Made by a program: the position numbers and the translations under genes
The notes under the pieces: model-generated
Seen by the model: only the letters and a program-made list of their open reading frames with translations
Told to the model about the DNA's origin: nothing
Database searches by the model: none
Shown here: piece after piece, positions 1 to 12,295 of the stretch
How the letters are laid out: every line of letters begins with the position of its first letter
Position numbering within the stretch: the stretch's first letter is position 1
Assembly: GCA_004764695.1 (NCBI GenBank)
Contig: SMSO01000032.1
Location: 4,248,483-4,312,482, forward strand
Direction: 5' to 3'
DNA length: 64,000 nucleotides
Source of the DNA: Schizochytrium sp. TIO01
Taxonomy: Eukaryota; Protista; Bigyra: Labyrinthulomycetes

Positions 1-538
1 ATGGTATAATTGCAATAGTTGTGGGTTAGCTTGAAACAGCGTGGTGCAAACATTTGCAAAGAAAAAGCCAACGCATTGATTGTTAAGAGAAGGATTGCAT
101 CAATAGAGACAAAAGCATGCCCTTCAAGAACTCAAATGCGAGTTCATATATAGGCTCTACTCAATGTCCTTTCCGTTTTCTTACAACCACCTTCTCTTGA
201 GATACCACGAGAGATATGCCATAGTAAAAAGTGGCGCTGCTCATCGACCAACAAGAAATGTGCACGATGATGCATTTTATTATAGATATCCCGGCACCTG
301 TGACGCGCGATACACAAAATTTACAATGTAGTGCAATCACGCACGTTAAAACAGCATGAGCAGAGGGTGTGCAAACGATATTCACAGGCACACCCTTCAT
401 CAAACAGATCAAGTATTATAGATCTGGTTGGATTTGATAAACTTGAGTGAGACTACGAAAGGTGCGCGAGAAGAAGGGAAAAAAGAAGGGGAAGAAATGA
501 AAGAACCCAGGTGGATAATAGAAGCGAATTCCTTCACT

Positions 539-3500
539 CTAGGCAACATCCACATACTGATCTTCATTCCGCAAGTGATCATTTATGCGCGGTTCGGGCG
601 GCCATGGTCCAGCGGCGGAAGGTTGCATGTGACCAGAGAGTAAAAGGGCAACATCGGACACAGCAGCTTTGCGAGCAGCTGGGTCGCTTGGCAATTTTTC
701 CAATCGGTCATAAACGGCTTGCTTGGTAAGATCAGGCAGCTTATTATGTTCCGAGTTTGTAAGAATAATGGTAAGAGTACGACCCGCATCAAAATTACTT
801 GCCTTGGTCTGCAGGACCACGCGAAGCAGATCAACGACCAGATTGGTCCGCACCATGTAACGTTGATCGGCCTGGCCAGCTAGAAAATGCAAAGCGGCGG
901 CCAGCAGGAATGGCTTGTACGCAGAAGCGAGAGAGACAAACCTCTCGTTTATGGACGAACTTGCGTTCTGCACCGCTTGAGTAATGAAGTTGCAGACTGC
1001 CTGAGCCTGGCGGATATTAAAACCTAGACCCTGCATACCTTGGTCGAGAACCTCTACGGCTGCGACAGTACACACTTCCCAGACGGTAACTTGTCTGCCC
1101 TGGCCTGCGCCTATAAGTGGCACGGTAGTATGCAACAGGATTTCAGGCCGGGTTTTGGCGATAAGTTCGCAAATGGCAAAGAAGTAGCGAGCGATTTCGC
1201 CATCTAAGAGCTCGTCCGAAACAGCAACATGAACAGGAGGCTCCAGGGCAGGATTTACCTTGTTCGAGGGTGTTGACGGTGCAGCCCGAATAAGGAGCTG
1301 GGTAAGTTCCCGCACCATGTAAGACATGGCACGTGTAAGTGTGATGGAATCTGGGCTGTCATCAGTATCGCTCCAGATTCTACCCGTCATGAGTTGCAAA
1401 GAAGAAAGAGGCTTTAAACATGATGGCTCAGAAGAGACTGCAAAACTAGCAACCATGTGTTCAATCATGTCCGGTACAAAGGGCGCTGCAGCAGCTCCGA
1501 AGCAGACAGCGAGTTCATCATAGAGACCTGTGAAGACAGTGATGAGACGAATGGCACTCTGACGACCATATGCTCCCGAAGAGGTATTATTAATTTGTTG
1601 TCCTAATGGGTGCGTGGATGTGAGAGGATTTGCAACCCGGTCACCTTTCTCCTGAGGCTGGGCCAAGTGGATGAGACGAGAACAAACCGCCGCAATATCT
1701 GGCCAAACAATCTGGAAAATAGGGATCATTGCACTAATAACAAGCTGACGACCTCGCTTGCCTGTCTCGCGAGTATCCAATGCACGAAGCACATGTCTAA
1801 AAGTTAGAAGAGCAGATGTGACAGCCCGGCTAAGTTCGTCAAGGTCTGCATCCTCGGGCGCAGACCTTGCTGCGCGGAGTACCTGAGCGCTAGACCCAAG
1901 CTGACGTTCAAGGCACCCACGGAGCATATTAATACGTGCTTCTGTGTCTTGAGAGTGGCGTAACAAATGCACATAACGAAACGCCAAATTTGTAATGCTC
2001 TCGCGCACCACAGCGCAAGTGAGGGGTGAGACTACAAAAGCGTGCTGAACTTCCTCTGCTTCATCAAAGTGTAACACAAGGCCTTCCACGCCAGTGAGGA
2101 CCTTGACCTGCTTCTCGTGACAAAACTTGCCATTCGCCGCGACGGGCGAAACCACAAACTGGCACGTTTGTAGTTCGGTGAGAACCCAGGGTTTGGTAGC
2201 AGCCTTCTTGCTCAGGTTGAGAAGAGCTTGAGCTGCCTCGAGACATGTATTTTCGGCAATCACCGAAACTGATGACAAGAGGAAGCCAATTGCCTGGCAC
2301 AGTGCCGAGCCCGGTCCCTGTCCGTTAATCGGACTGGGGGACCGTGTACGTGCAATTCTAGTCACTTCACCGAGCAGCTCACAAACGGCCTTACGTACAC
2401 TCGCATCGGAGGTTCTCCAGCTCCACTCCATGAGGTCTGTCAGAAGATCGATCCAAAGGGTTGCCAAAGATGCTGCCGCTGCTTTTCGTTGCGCAGTATG
2501 ATTCGTCGTAACCGAATAAGTGCGACCTCGCGAGTCCATCGTATACATTGATCCATTGACAGATTCTGCAAGGTCCTCCTCAAGGGGGCTCATCTGGCCC
2601 ATAGATCCACAGCTTTCTGAGCTCACAGTGCGAGTGGGCTTTCCACGTGCATTTGGTGATGATTGTCCAATGAGCGAGGACCCTTGCGGTCGGGAAAGGC
2701 TTCCCGTAAGGTCTCCCTGGTGGCGGAATGTAGCATCGGGCCCTGTGGTGTCCCAAGTTTTGCTCCTGTACGTGATTGGGGAGTTTTGTCCCACAGAGCT
2801 CGACCCTTCGTTGCCCTCGTTATAATTTTGAGTCTCGTCCTCATCGTCTAGACCTCCGCTTCCAGTGCCGTTTTCACCGTCGCTGGAAATATCATCTGCG
2901 TCTTCATCGTCATACTCCAGTGTATCTTCTGCTTCTGATACTGCGATGAGGCACTTTACAATTGCTTGCAAACGGAGCGAGTTGTCCATGCCCTCAGATC
3001 TGAGTTTCGAATGCAGTAACAGCAGAACGTGTCGCACAAACGTATCTCCTGCGTTTCGCGCGCGAAGTCCTTCTCCATTCATGGAGTTGTGAATTTGTTG
3101 CGCTGGATTTCCAGGTGATGCTCCCTGCATCTCCACTGGAACCTGTCGTTGCTCAAGTTCTGGCCAGCACATGCACAGGTTAATGAGCGTATCAAATATC
3201 CGGTGTCTCAACCGAAGACCTGCTGCAGATCCATCTTGAGCACGTAGACTGGCTGCTGTGCAGCTCACAAATCCTGTCACTAGCATTGAGAAGAGCTCCA
3301 GGCTACCTTCCCTTGTGAGGATTGCTGGCAGTTTAGATACAAGTGCTCCTCTAGGGTGTCTTCTCCGCCATTCAGACATGAAGCTGTAACATCCATGGAA
3401 TCCATCTCCTGCAACATCCCAGAAGTCGAGACAGGCCTCGAGGGTTGGAAGGTCAACTGGGTTCTCGACTCCATAGAGCAGGATATGAACTACGCGGATT

Positions 3501-5110
3501 CTAGAGGCTTCGCAGAAGAACAGAAGGCACCTCAGGTGTTGGGCACAAAGAGCAGCAGCTCCCATGCAGACACCACGCCACTTGAGTCGCATGGGGTCCA
3601 CTGCAAGGTCTTCATAACCTGCCTCGAGGTCATCACTGTCCGCGGGCGGTTGTGTACTTCGCCATTGCACAACGGTGTCGAAAGCATTAAGTAGTGCGTC
3701 AGCGAGCAGATCCACGCCCCATCTATAAATTTCAAGCTCATCTTCTTGAAGTGTGAGGATCGAAGGATACGATTGATCCGAGAGCGTGTCTACGAGAATT
3801 GTAATGCTGTGCTGAAAAAGAGCGCTGCTCGGTTCACAGCGGTTGATTAGGTGGGCAATCCATTCTGCGATCGCGTGTCCTGACGCGCCACGTGCCAGAA
3901 TTTGGCGCAGTCCAATACCCAAGTTTACAATTTGGTTTTCCTTGCGTGAGCTGCTTCCATTGCTGCTGTCGCTACTGTGATTCTGATTGCTGTTGCTACC
4001 GTTCCCGTTTCTATTTCTGTTGCTGTCGATAATGTTGCTGAGTCCGAGACCACTGAATTCGGTAGTGCTGGAAGAGTACGAGGGCACTTCAGAAATGATG
4101 ACGCTGGCTGTCCACGAGTTGAGACACTGAACGGCACTCTTGGCGACGTCCTCTTGAAGATTGTTTGCACTGTAGAGCACCATGGCTTTGTCAAGAAGGT
4201 CAAGTGTGAGCGACCTGAGATCGATCATGGCGGATCTTGTGGCCTGCTTCTCCTCCTCATTGAGAAACAGCCAGCAAAGTTCGAGCTCTTCAACAATGAG
4301 TCGAAGGAACTCGAAGCCGTCTCTGACGGGCGGCTTCATGAACTTTTCCACTGCGTTACGCAAGAGTTTCGGTCTTTGTAGAATGCTTCGCACACAGACT
4401 GACGCCAGGATGAGCCTGAATCTTGACTGGATTAGAGGGCTTGTGTCTCCACGCAGACCTCCTTCAATAAGATCGAACATAAGTTCGTACACCTTTTCTC
4501 TCTGGGACAAGTCTACGCGAGACCATTGTGACCTAACCTTACTCAGCAGTAGCTGTGATGCAAAGAATGCGACCTTGTCGTCATCGTCTGCGTACTTGGC
4601 AGGGCTCTGACCTCCCACCTTGAGACCCTCGCCCTGCCTCTGCCGGGTACAGGCAGGCCCACAGCTCTGTCTGTTTTCAACGCGGCTGCGATTTTCTGCG
4701 TTGCCGTTTTCGCTGGCAACATTGCCGTTGTGTCCATTTCTGCTGTTATTAACATTGGTACCGCCGTTGTTACTGTGAGTGTTGTTGTTATTACCGTCGC
4801 TGTTGACATTATCGGGATGATTCTTGCCGTCCCGGTCTGCGTCTTTACACTCGCAGCGGCATCTCTCTCCGCGAAGGCTTCCTGCAGCGGCAGAAGGACC
4901 AAGTCTTGCACCGGGCCCTGAGACGTCTCCTCCGGCCTCGCTGGCGCTAGCGCCGCCACCAAGGACCAGTCTAGACGCGAGCTCAAGGCCAACAAGAAGG
5001 CCTTCTTCCGCCTGCTCCAGCTCCAGGAGCCATGCGTTCGCAGCCTGCTGTTCGCGGGATCCCGGCGCCGCGTGGTAAAGCGCCCTCACGGCGCGTTCCA
5101 CGCCCTCCAT
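539..5110 (-). CDS. Importin-beta/karyopherin superfamily HEAT-repeat protein (importin-13/transportin-SR-like) with long low-complexity insertions
   Basis: 1523-aa uninterrupted ORF. N-terminus VERAVRALY..QQAANAWLLELE and VAFFASQLLLSKVRSQW resemble the importin N-terminal domain, and LEACLDFWD matches the FW motif of the IPO13/TNPO3 group. Leu-rich helical composition interrupted by Asn/Ser-rich and acidic inserts. Confidence 0.7.
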   Translation of the reverse strand: MEGVERAVRALYHAAPGSREQQAANAWLLELEQAEEGLLVGLELASRLVLGGGASASEAGGDVSGPGARLGPSAAAGSLRGERCRCECKDADRDGKNHPDNVNSDGNNNNTHSNNGGTNVNNSRNGHNGNVASENGNAENRSRVENRQSCGPACTRQRQGEGLKVGGQSPAKYADDDDKVAFFASQLLLSKVRSQWSRVDLSQREKVYELMFDLIEGGLRGDTSPLIQSRFRLILASVCVRSILQRPKLLRNAVEKFMKPPVRDGFEFLRLIVEELELCWLFLNEEEKQATRSAMIDLRSLTLDLLDKAMVLYSANNLQEDVAKSAVQCLNSWTASVIISEVPSYSSSTTEFSGLGLSNIIDSNRNRNGNGSNSNQNHSSDSSNGSSSRKENQIVNLGIGLRQILARGASGHAIAEWIAHLINRCEPSSALFQHSITILVDTLSDQSYPSILTLQEDELEIYRWGVDLLADALLNAFDTVVQWRSTQPPADSDDLEAGYEDLAVDPMRLKWRGVCMGAAALCAQHLRCLLFFCEASRIRVVHILLYGVENPVDLPTLEACLDFWDVAGDGFHGCYSFMSEWRRRHPRGALVSKLPAILTREGSLELFSMLVTGFVSCTAASLRAQDGSAAGLRLRHRIFDTLINLCMCWPELEQRQVPVEMQGASPGNPAQQIHNSMNGEGLRARNAGDTFVRHVLLLLHSKLRSEGMDNSLRLQAIVKCLIAVSEAEDTLEYDDEDADDISSDGENGTGSGGLDDEDETQNYNEGNEGSSSVGQNSPITYRSKTWDTTGPDATFRHQGDLTGSLSRPQGSSLIGQSSPNARGKPTRTVSSESCGSMGQMSPLEEDLAESVNGSMYTMDSRGRTYSVTTNHTAQRKAAAASLATLWIDLLTDLMEWSWRTSDASVRKAVCELLGEVTRIARTRSPSPINGQGPGSALCQAIGFLLSSVSVIAENTCLEAAQALLNLSKKAATKPWVLTELQTCQFVVSPVAANGKFCHEKQVKVLTGVEGLVLHFDEAEEVQHAFVVSPLTCAVVRESITNLAFRYVHLLRHSQDTEARINMLRGCLERQLGSSAQVLRAARSAPEDADLDELSRAVTSALLTFRHVLRALDTRETGKRGRQLVISAMIPIFQIVWPDIAAVCSRLIHLAQPQEKGDRVANPLTSTHPLGQQINNTSSGAYGRQSAIRLITVFTGLYDELAVCFGAAAAPFVPDMIEHMVASFAVSSEPSCLKPLSSLQLMTGRIWSDTDDSPDSITLTRAMSYMVRELTQLLIRAAPSTPSNKVNPALEPPVHVAVSDELLDGEIARYFFAICELIAKTRPEILLHTTVPLIGAGQGRQVTVWEVCTVAAVEVLDQGMQGLGFNIRQAQAVCNFITQAVQNASSSINERFVSLASAYKPFLLAAALHFLAGQADQRYMVRTNLVVDLLRVVLQTKASNFDAGRTLTIILTNSEHNKLPDLTKQAVYDRLEKLPSDPAARKAAVSDVALLLSGHMQPSAAGPWPPEPRINDHLRNEDQYVDVA

Positions 5111-5415
5111 GGCGCCCTCAGACCGGTCAATAGTCAGGCGCCGCTGTCAAGAGCTGAGCTGGCGTGATCTCACGCGATCTGAGCTAGCTAATCAGAGGAG
5201 ATGATCAGACCTCAGCAATCTGACCAAATCTACTCTGCTCTGCTGCCAATCCGCCGCGAGCCGCTGCTTTCAAGCCTGCAGGAGCGCGACTCGACTCGAC
5301 TCAACCCAGCTCCCCGCGCGCTCGCCCGGGAGGAGTGGAGAAGGAGTCGTTTCTTCGTCTGTTGTACAGGACGTCTCTTCTTATGTGCGATTGATCGAAC
5401 GAAAGAATGCATTTA

Positions 5416-5996
5416 TGAATGAATGAATGAATGAATGAATGAATCAATCAATCAATCAATCAATGAATGCATCAATAGATACATACATAGATTCGTAGAT
5501 AGATTAGATTAGATACCTTTTCCAACACAAACCAAACAAAGAAACAAAGAAACAAAGAAATTATCCTCTATCCGACAGTGCGTATCTATCCCATAGACCG
5601 TGATACTTCTTCAATTCCACCTGCAAGTAAGTCTTCTTCTTCTTCCTCGTTTTCTCCCGCTTTCCACCAGCTTCCTTGCACATGGGCAGTCAGTCAGTCA
5701 TTGCGCGTCCCTCTTGGTTCGAGCTGCTGTCGGGGTCCAAGTCTTCGCGTGCGGTGATGCCTTCGTCGTTGCTCTGTTCATGGATGCGCTTTCTTCTTCT
5801 TCTTCTTCTTCTTCTTCTTCTTTTAATTGTTTCTGTTCTCCTGATCTTTCTTCTCTTCTTCTTCTCTCCTTCTTTTAGGTATGTTTTCACTTACTTCAAA
5901 ACTTACTTACTTATACTTACTTACGACGATAAGTCTGTTCATGAAAGATTGAAAAGAAAAGCGTATTTTCTTCCTCTCTCTCTCTCTCTCTTTTTT

Positions 5997-6032
<36 letters not shown>

Positions 6033-6034
6033 TT
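5416..6034. repeat. Microsatellite cluster: (TGAA)n, (ATCA)n, (AAAGAAAC)n, (TTC)n, (TC)n, (TTTC)n
   Basis: Directly visible tandem runs upstream of the importin-like gene. Confidence 0.9.
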
Positions 6035-8984
6035 TGAGAGGACTTAACTGTGCAATTTTCAGAATGCTGGTCTGTCTGCACCCAGAGGCTGAAGAAGCGT
6101 CGCGGGCTAAACTAAACTTCTCCAGTGCCGCTGCTTCAAGCAAGCTAAGCTGTATACGCAGTGGACATTTGTCTAAGTTGGATTTATGTTTGTGTGTATG
6201 TTTGTGGGGATGTATTTGTACGCATCGAGGCATCGTGGCTCTCATATTCTGTGTTGTTTTGGCGTCTTTCAGATGAGAGTTGTCGCCTAGGAGGTCCTAC
6301 TGTTGCCGTTATGTGTCGAGAGTACTACTATACGTAAGAGTTGATAGGTGGGTACTAGCAGTGTGTATTCTTGCGGGAATCGTTGTTGTTATTATTTCTT
6401 TAAGCTTACAACAACAAAAATAATTTAAAATAAATAGAGAAGATTGAGTACAGTAGGTAATAAGTAAGTACCTGAGTAGGAACCTTGTGTTTAGAGAAAC
6501 AATTATTTATTTGCAAATCAAGGAATCATGAGCGGCGAAGAAGAATCGGATCAGTTCAACAGCGCATAGCGACTGGAGAGCCAAAGTTCTTTGCTCCGCT
6601 CGCAGAAACAATTTTTTTCAGTCGGTGTCAGCGATCTCCAGCTTTGAAGAACCTCATTGAGGTGCATTTCCGTCACCCTCAAATTAGCTTCTTCGACTCC
6701 AACAATTTTATACTACAAATTCTTATTTTTTTTCTTTCTTTCTTTTTAAGAACGAACATTATAAAGGCCTATAGTATACAGCTTTGATTAAAAACATAAA
6801 AGCAAAAAACCGAAATGAAAGATTTGTATTTATTCCACAACAATAAACAAATCTATATCCAACAAAAATAACCCAAGAACTAAACAAGCAAGCTCGTCAG
6901 TAGTTCGAGGCGGGAAGGCCCCTGCTCCCTCCAAAAGCAACCTCTAAGTCGAGGCATGCCGAAGACAACCGTCCAATAAATAGCTCTGAGGCATTCATAG
7001 CTCACCAGTATTTAGGAGGTACATGCAACTTTTTAAGATTTCATTTCCTACCATTTGTAAATTTGATCGCAGGGATTTGACATGTTCGCTACAAGTACAA
7101 TGATGTTATTTCGAGCCGGCCTCAGCCAGCGGCAGGGCAGTTGCAAACTGCGGCCATATCAAAGCCAACCACATGAGCTGTGAAAATTTTGCGACGTCAC
7201 CGAGCTTGCCAGTACATTTCGTGGGTCTCTTTGGTCTTCTCACATATGTTGGGCCTTCTGAATCCTCCTATCAAATAATTAATTAATCAATCAAGAAGTA
7301 TACACCATCGAATAAACTGTAGTAACAGAAGGGAGAAACAAAGTAGGAAAAGGGATGCAACGCAATGACCAACCAGAGCAGAAGATGATTGGCTAAAATC
7401 AAACCGACATCTCCCTCGACCACACCTCAATCCATGCCTCCGCTGATGATACGGCAGTCCCTAAAAGTACGTATTCTGTGAATGGTTAAACCTTCGGTAT
7501 TATTTACATTATCCTCACACTAACTACCCTACTTGATTTTCTCTTCTTATAGTAAAGCATTAATCTTTAATGAAATTAATTTGGAATTAAAAAAATTAAA
7601 ATCAAAATTAAATATGTAGGCTTCTATATAAGCAACCGCGTTTTTCTTTAGAACAGAGATAATTCAGATATTTCTCTTCAATTGTACCAACTTAAAACCT
7701 TTTACTAATAATATCCTTCCACTGTGGGCCAAGAAAGCACCGGCGGTGAGCCCTACCGCATGCTACGCGAAACTATAGCCCTCCTGGCCGCCGTGGTCCC
7801 AGTCGGATAGCCCACTTGTGGCCTTCTCCAAGTGAAGTATAGAGGCGTATAGCTGACTTACAGGACACAAGCGAAGTAGGGTATTTCGCTATAACGCACT
7901 TGCGGCAGCGGAAGAGCTTCAGGGAGCGCTGCCACGGCTTCTTGGCGTTCGCCTCTCATGAGGCACCGCCCCGAATGAAAGCTCCAGACAGAACCTACAG
8001 GAAACACTGCGGCGCCGGGGTAAGCGCCTGACCTTCGCGAAAGCGATGGCGATGTTCTGAATGGCGGCAGCCAGCTGCTCTGTACAGGTCAACGCGATGG
8101 CGAGTACGTACTTGCTCGTGCTGGTCTGGCGGTGATGTGCAAACCATCTGCATTTTCCACGGTACCCTCGAAACCAAACGCGAGCTTCCACGCGTTGATC
8201 GGCGTTGCTTACCTCTCCCTGACTCTGCGAAGAGAGTGTCTCTCCCTGCGCAGAGAGTTCTGGCAGCTGGCTTCGTTCCAGGGGGACCACGCTCTTGTTG
8301 GCTTTCGTAGTAGCTGTGGACCTGCAATGCGTGCAGCATCGGCCAATCGATTCATGTTGGACTCTTGCTGGAGGGACGTGGCCAAAACGAACTGCAAGGC
8401 TCTCTAGAGATTCGACAGCGGCGCTGTCCAGCATCCATTCAAAGCTACCACTGTGACGCCCTGAGCTCCTCCAGATCCCTGGAGCCACGGCCAAGCGTTG
8501 CCGACGAGGCTCAGGGTCGTCTACGAGTTGCAGAGCATCGCCATTGCTGATGACGGTCAGAGTGTGTGCCGAATAGTAACGATTGTGGCTCTCGACTTTG
8601 GGTTTCGCCGGAGTTCGTCGATTTCAATCACTCGCACGAGTCAGAGGCGCTGCGTGAAGGTCCTTGGACTTGGGTAGAAAGCTCAAGTCAAAACGATCAC
8701 TCTTGGATTTCAATCAGCTTCGTTATAAGCCTACGGCGAGAAACTGGCTCAAGGCGGCGCAGGGTTTTTATCGATCCCCTCGCGAAGGGAGCTCGCTCAT
8801 CTGGTAGACTTGGGTTTTGGATACTCTGGTGATGAAGCGACACCTGAGAGGGAAAAGGGGAAAGTGGAACCTTAAGACAAGCTTCTCCGGAGCGCCAACA
8901 AGCGCAAGCGAATTTGGGACTCACTCAGCGAGCAGATGAGAGGCAAACAATAATTATTGCAATTTGATACTTCAAACTTGATGG

Positions 8985-9039
8985 TTTTTTTTTTTTTTTT
9001 TTTTTTTTTTTAATGTTTTGATTTTTTTTTTTTTTTTTT
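8985..9039. repeat. Two long poly(T) tracts
   Basis: Runs of roughly 27 and 18 T separated by aatgttttga. Confidence 0.9.
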
Positions 9040-9299
9040 AAAGATCCTCGCCTCACTTTTTGTTTTAATTAAAAAGCTATTGTTGGTTTACTCATCCACT
9101 TTCCACTCTACGACCTGAGTTAAAATACAATGCCGGCATAGAGCAAAACCATTGGACTTTTTGGTCTGGGCACCATAGGCCGTATGGAGTAGATGTCTTT
9201 ACTGAAGACGTGTCTGAGGAGGTACGCTTCTTTCAAAAACCAATGCTACTGCCGTCAATTGCTACCAGATTCTCGAACGATTTGTAGTTCGCGCACTCC

Positions 9300-9660
9300 G
9301 GGTAAAAAGGAGCAAGCTTTAAAAAAATGCTTTTTTTTTGGCTCTGCTAGAAAACGTTTTAGATATGGAGTGGTGCCCGTAACTCATCGGCAGGTCTACC
9401 GTGTGTCACCCTCTAACTTTTGAAGAAGAAAAGGTATTGATCCCTCTCGGTGAGCCTACGAAGCATCGCCGTTTTGCAGAATGTGCAGGATGCTGCGTAT
9501 CAACGGTACAGTGGAAGTTGTACGAGAAGTTTTCCCAACCTTGCAAGAACGCAGCTTGCACAAACCCCAAACTGGATCCAGTTCTTCCCCAAGAGCGGTC
9601 CGTGGTGGGGTAATTAAGACGTATGCGCAAAACTACCAGACGTAAACAACTGTGTATTGA
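9300..9660 (+). pseudogene. Possible degraded pogo/Fot1-like (Tc1-mariner) transposase N-terminal fragment
   Basis: Fragments in successive frames (SARKRFRYGVVPVT; LTFEEEKVLI..RRFAECAG; SGPWWGN*DVCAKLP) loosely follow HTH-psq plus CENP-B HTH patterns. Frameshifted and stopped; no TIRs or DDE core seen. Confidence 0.25.
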
Positions 9661-10449
9661 CTGATGCCCGGAGTAATGATGTTGAACACTCTCAGTTGAT
9701 TCCTTTACTTCCCTCTCTATAATACATAGAATGGTTGAATCATACAACAATACGACATAGTGGAATTAATATTAAGTTTGAGCTGCCGAGGCATTTCTGA
9801 CTCGCTTAGATGTATCGATTTTCATTTCGAATACCCGCAAAACCAGTTCGGAGCATGCAACGGAAGTGAGTTCACGTTTTAGCGATGTGAGACTCCTACC
9901 GAAGATCCTTGCTGGCCTGACTCACAATTCAAGTCGAGGTTAAGAGCTGGGTTATTTCTTGTTTATACTAGCAACTTGCTAAGCTCGAATTTTCGACCAC
10001 GCTTCAAACAGTCAAATAGTAAAGGCTCCATGCAAAAAGACAATCACACTGTGTCTACCATATGACCATATCTAGACTCATAGTAGGATGCAGGCACTTC
10101 AAGCAAATGCTCCTTTTCCAAGACACACTCTGGTAGCCTTCGATCACAAAGGATATATAAATCTAAGCCCTGGCTCATGAGATCCTAAATATCTTTCTGA
10201 AAGTAGTTGCCTTCAATTCTAAGATTCCGCTCATGACTTCTGTAAATGAGAGTTATTCTAGAATCCGCACTGTAATACTTAAAGTAATACTGACATTAAT
10301 GCAAAAGCTAAAGTCTTCTCCTAAAATTCTTATGTAAAAGTATTCTAACCATGCAGAAGTAATACACAAACGGGTTTACAATTGAAGAATCCAGAATTGA
10401 ATTCAAATAAATAACAATAAACCCTTCTTAAATTAAAATACGAAGGAAG

Positions 10450-11613
10450 CTAAAAGTTACCAAAAAAATCACAAGTTTGTGTAGTATTTGGGTTGCATTT
10501 GTAAAAGTAACGTTTGAGTTTGGTGGAATACTTCAGCGCTGCAGGTCTTCCGCAATTACATTTAGGAGCGTTCTCTGCAACTTCTGGCCTTCGCATGCGG
10601 AACGTTAGGCTAACGCGAGCTAGCTGTGTTAATGGGTGCACCCCAATAGTATCATTTGCTTGCGTTGGAACACCATGCTTCCACTCCTCTTGGGCGCCAG
10701 GCCACATAATCACGGCATGATTGTGCGGAAGCTTCGCCGTGAAAATCTGTTTTGTGTCTGCATCAATCTTAAACCAACGAAACAGTCGTGTACTACCAAG
10801 CGAGAGAGCTGCAACGATAGCTCTTGGCCCCAACGCTGTCAAATAGTCACTATGAAAAGCTATTCCGTCTGTGCCATCGCGATAATAGTTACACAACACA
10901 AATGAGGGCTCCCATTTTTCTACATACATTTTATCACCATGCTGAATCTGCGTGAGCTTTCTTGCAAGGCGTTCTTCAAACCTCTTCCTAACCATTTCCT
11001 GCATAGCAATTTTGGAATCACGAAGTCTTTTCATGGACGTTTCAGGCGTCACATATGAAGGATCTGCATCTCGATTGGCATTTTCCTGCATGGACCCGGG
11101 CCGATCTTGCTCCCGTTCTGCGACTTGGTCCCCAAACCTATAGGTAGCACTGAGACGGTTCGTGCCGCCAGTGTTGTTGAATACGGTCCATACAGAGGGT
11201 TTCCAGGAGGCTTTGGCCTCGCGCATGAGCATTTTGGCGAGATCATCAGCAAGGTCAGGTTTCACAGCATTTGGGACAATCTCAAATGGACATCCCATGG
11301 ATTCTAAGTTTTGCAAAGTAACCGGATCTGATTTACGTGAGCCTGTATTCTTCACAGATACAAGCTCCTCAGCCCCTTCACGTCGAAATCGTCTCGCAAA
11401 ATCATTTTCTGCAGCACTCCGAGGTGTCGGTTCCGCGCCTTCGCCGCACCGAGACTCGAGATGAGCATCGATCTTTGTTATAGTCATGAGTAGGCCGCAA
11501 ACGGGACAAGGCACTCGAGAGGCCTCCCGACGTTTTTGATCTTCTAATGCGCTGCAGTTACCTCTATCATCTCGTCTGCGCTTTTTGCCACTCCAAAACT
11601 GCTCGAGGGACAT
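10450..11613 (-). CDS. AlkB-family (ALKBH2/3-like) 2OG-Fe(II) dioxygenase with N-terminal UBZ4-type zinc finger and C-terminal GRF-type zinc finger
   Basis: CPVC-x11-HLESRC (UBZ4-like); LCNYYRDGTDGIAFHSD (HxD), ALSLGSTRLF, WKHGVP (distal His), RVSLTFR (2OG Arg pair); PKCNCGRPA..RYFYKC..TCDFF (GRF finger). Confidence 0.9.
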   Translation of the reverse strand: MSLEQFWSGKKRRRDDRGNCSALEDQKRREASRVPCPVCGLLMTITKIDAHLESRCGEGAEPTPRSAAENDFARRFRREGAEELVSVKNTGSRKSDPVTLQNLESMGCPFEIVPNAVKPDLADDLAKMLMREAKASWKPSVWTVFNNTGGTNRLSATYRFGDQVAEREQDRPGSMQENANRDADPSYVTPETSMKRLRDSKIAMQEMVRKRFEERLARKLTQIQHGDKMYVEKWEPSFVLCNYYRDGTDGIAFHSDYLTALGPRAIVAALSLGSTRLFRWFKIDADTKQIFTAKLPHNHAVIMWPGAQEEWKHGVPTQANDTIGVHPLTQLARVSLTFRMRRPEVAENAPKCNCGRPAALKYSTKLKRYFYKCNPNTTQTCDFFGNF

Positions 11614-12295
11614 TGTTTGCTTCGTTGCGTGTGATAAGATTTAGAACGAGGGTAATCACGCTTCCGCCATCCAGAATCTTCAAAGCAGGCAAAACCAGGC
11701 CTATGCAAAAGCGCTTGAGGAAGATTTATTGCAATGGGGGCAGACGTCACGGTCGGTTTAGGAGCTCAAATGGAGCTTGCCCTTGTTGGTTTCGACGTTG
11801 CATTTCTGTCACAGTTCCTTTTGGGAGCCAATGCATTTTTTTTCTTACTCTCTTGTCTTTTGTGAACGAAAAGAACAGACTTTGAAACAAAGAGAACAGA
11901 AAAGAGAAAGAACTAAAAACTTCTTTTTTCTGGTATTTTACTATGTTCTGTCTATAAATAAGGTAGGGTCCGACGGCGAACCCTCACTTCAACGGATTCC
12001 TCGTTAGAGCTGGGAGCGCAGATGCACAAGGTGCTGTAGTGCAATCAATGCCTCTTTGCTCAATCCATCACGGTGAAGGTGGTAGTGATACATTAACTCT
12101 CTTTGATTGCTGGTTAGATAACGCAGTAGTGAGCTTGCCACTCTGGTTTTCCGTCAAGAAAAGTCTTGAAAATATAAACAGCAATCTTCATTCACACATT
12201 GTGGAGGTTAGCGACTGGTCACAGCCAAGGCTGCACAAGTATCACGCTTAGATCTTGCAAGTTTAATCAACAACGAAAACGAGGGCATTGGAGCA

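Noticed and set aside
7919-8940. GC-rich stretch with a 191-aa ORF next to poly(T) tracts, possible retro-copy
   Set aside because: No ATG start, no recognisable domain and no TSD; poly(T) orientation does not fit a tail for it. Left unassigned.
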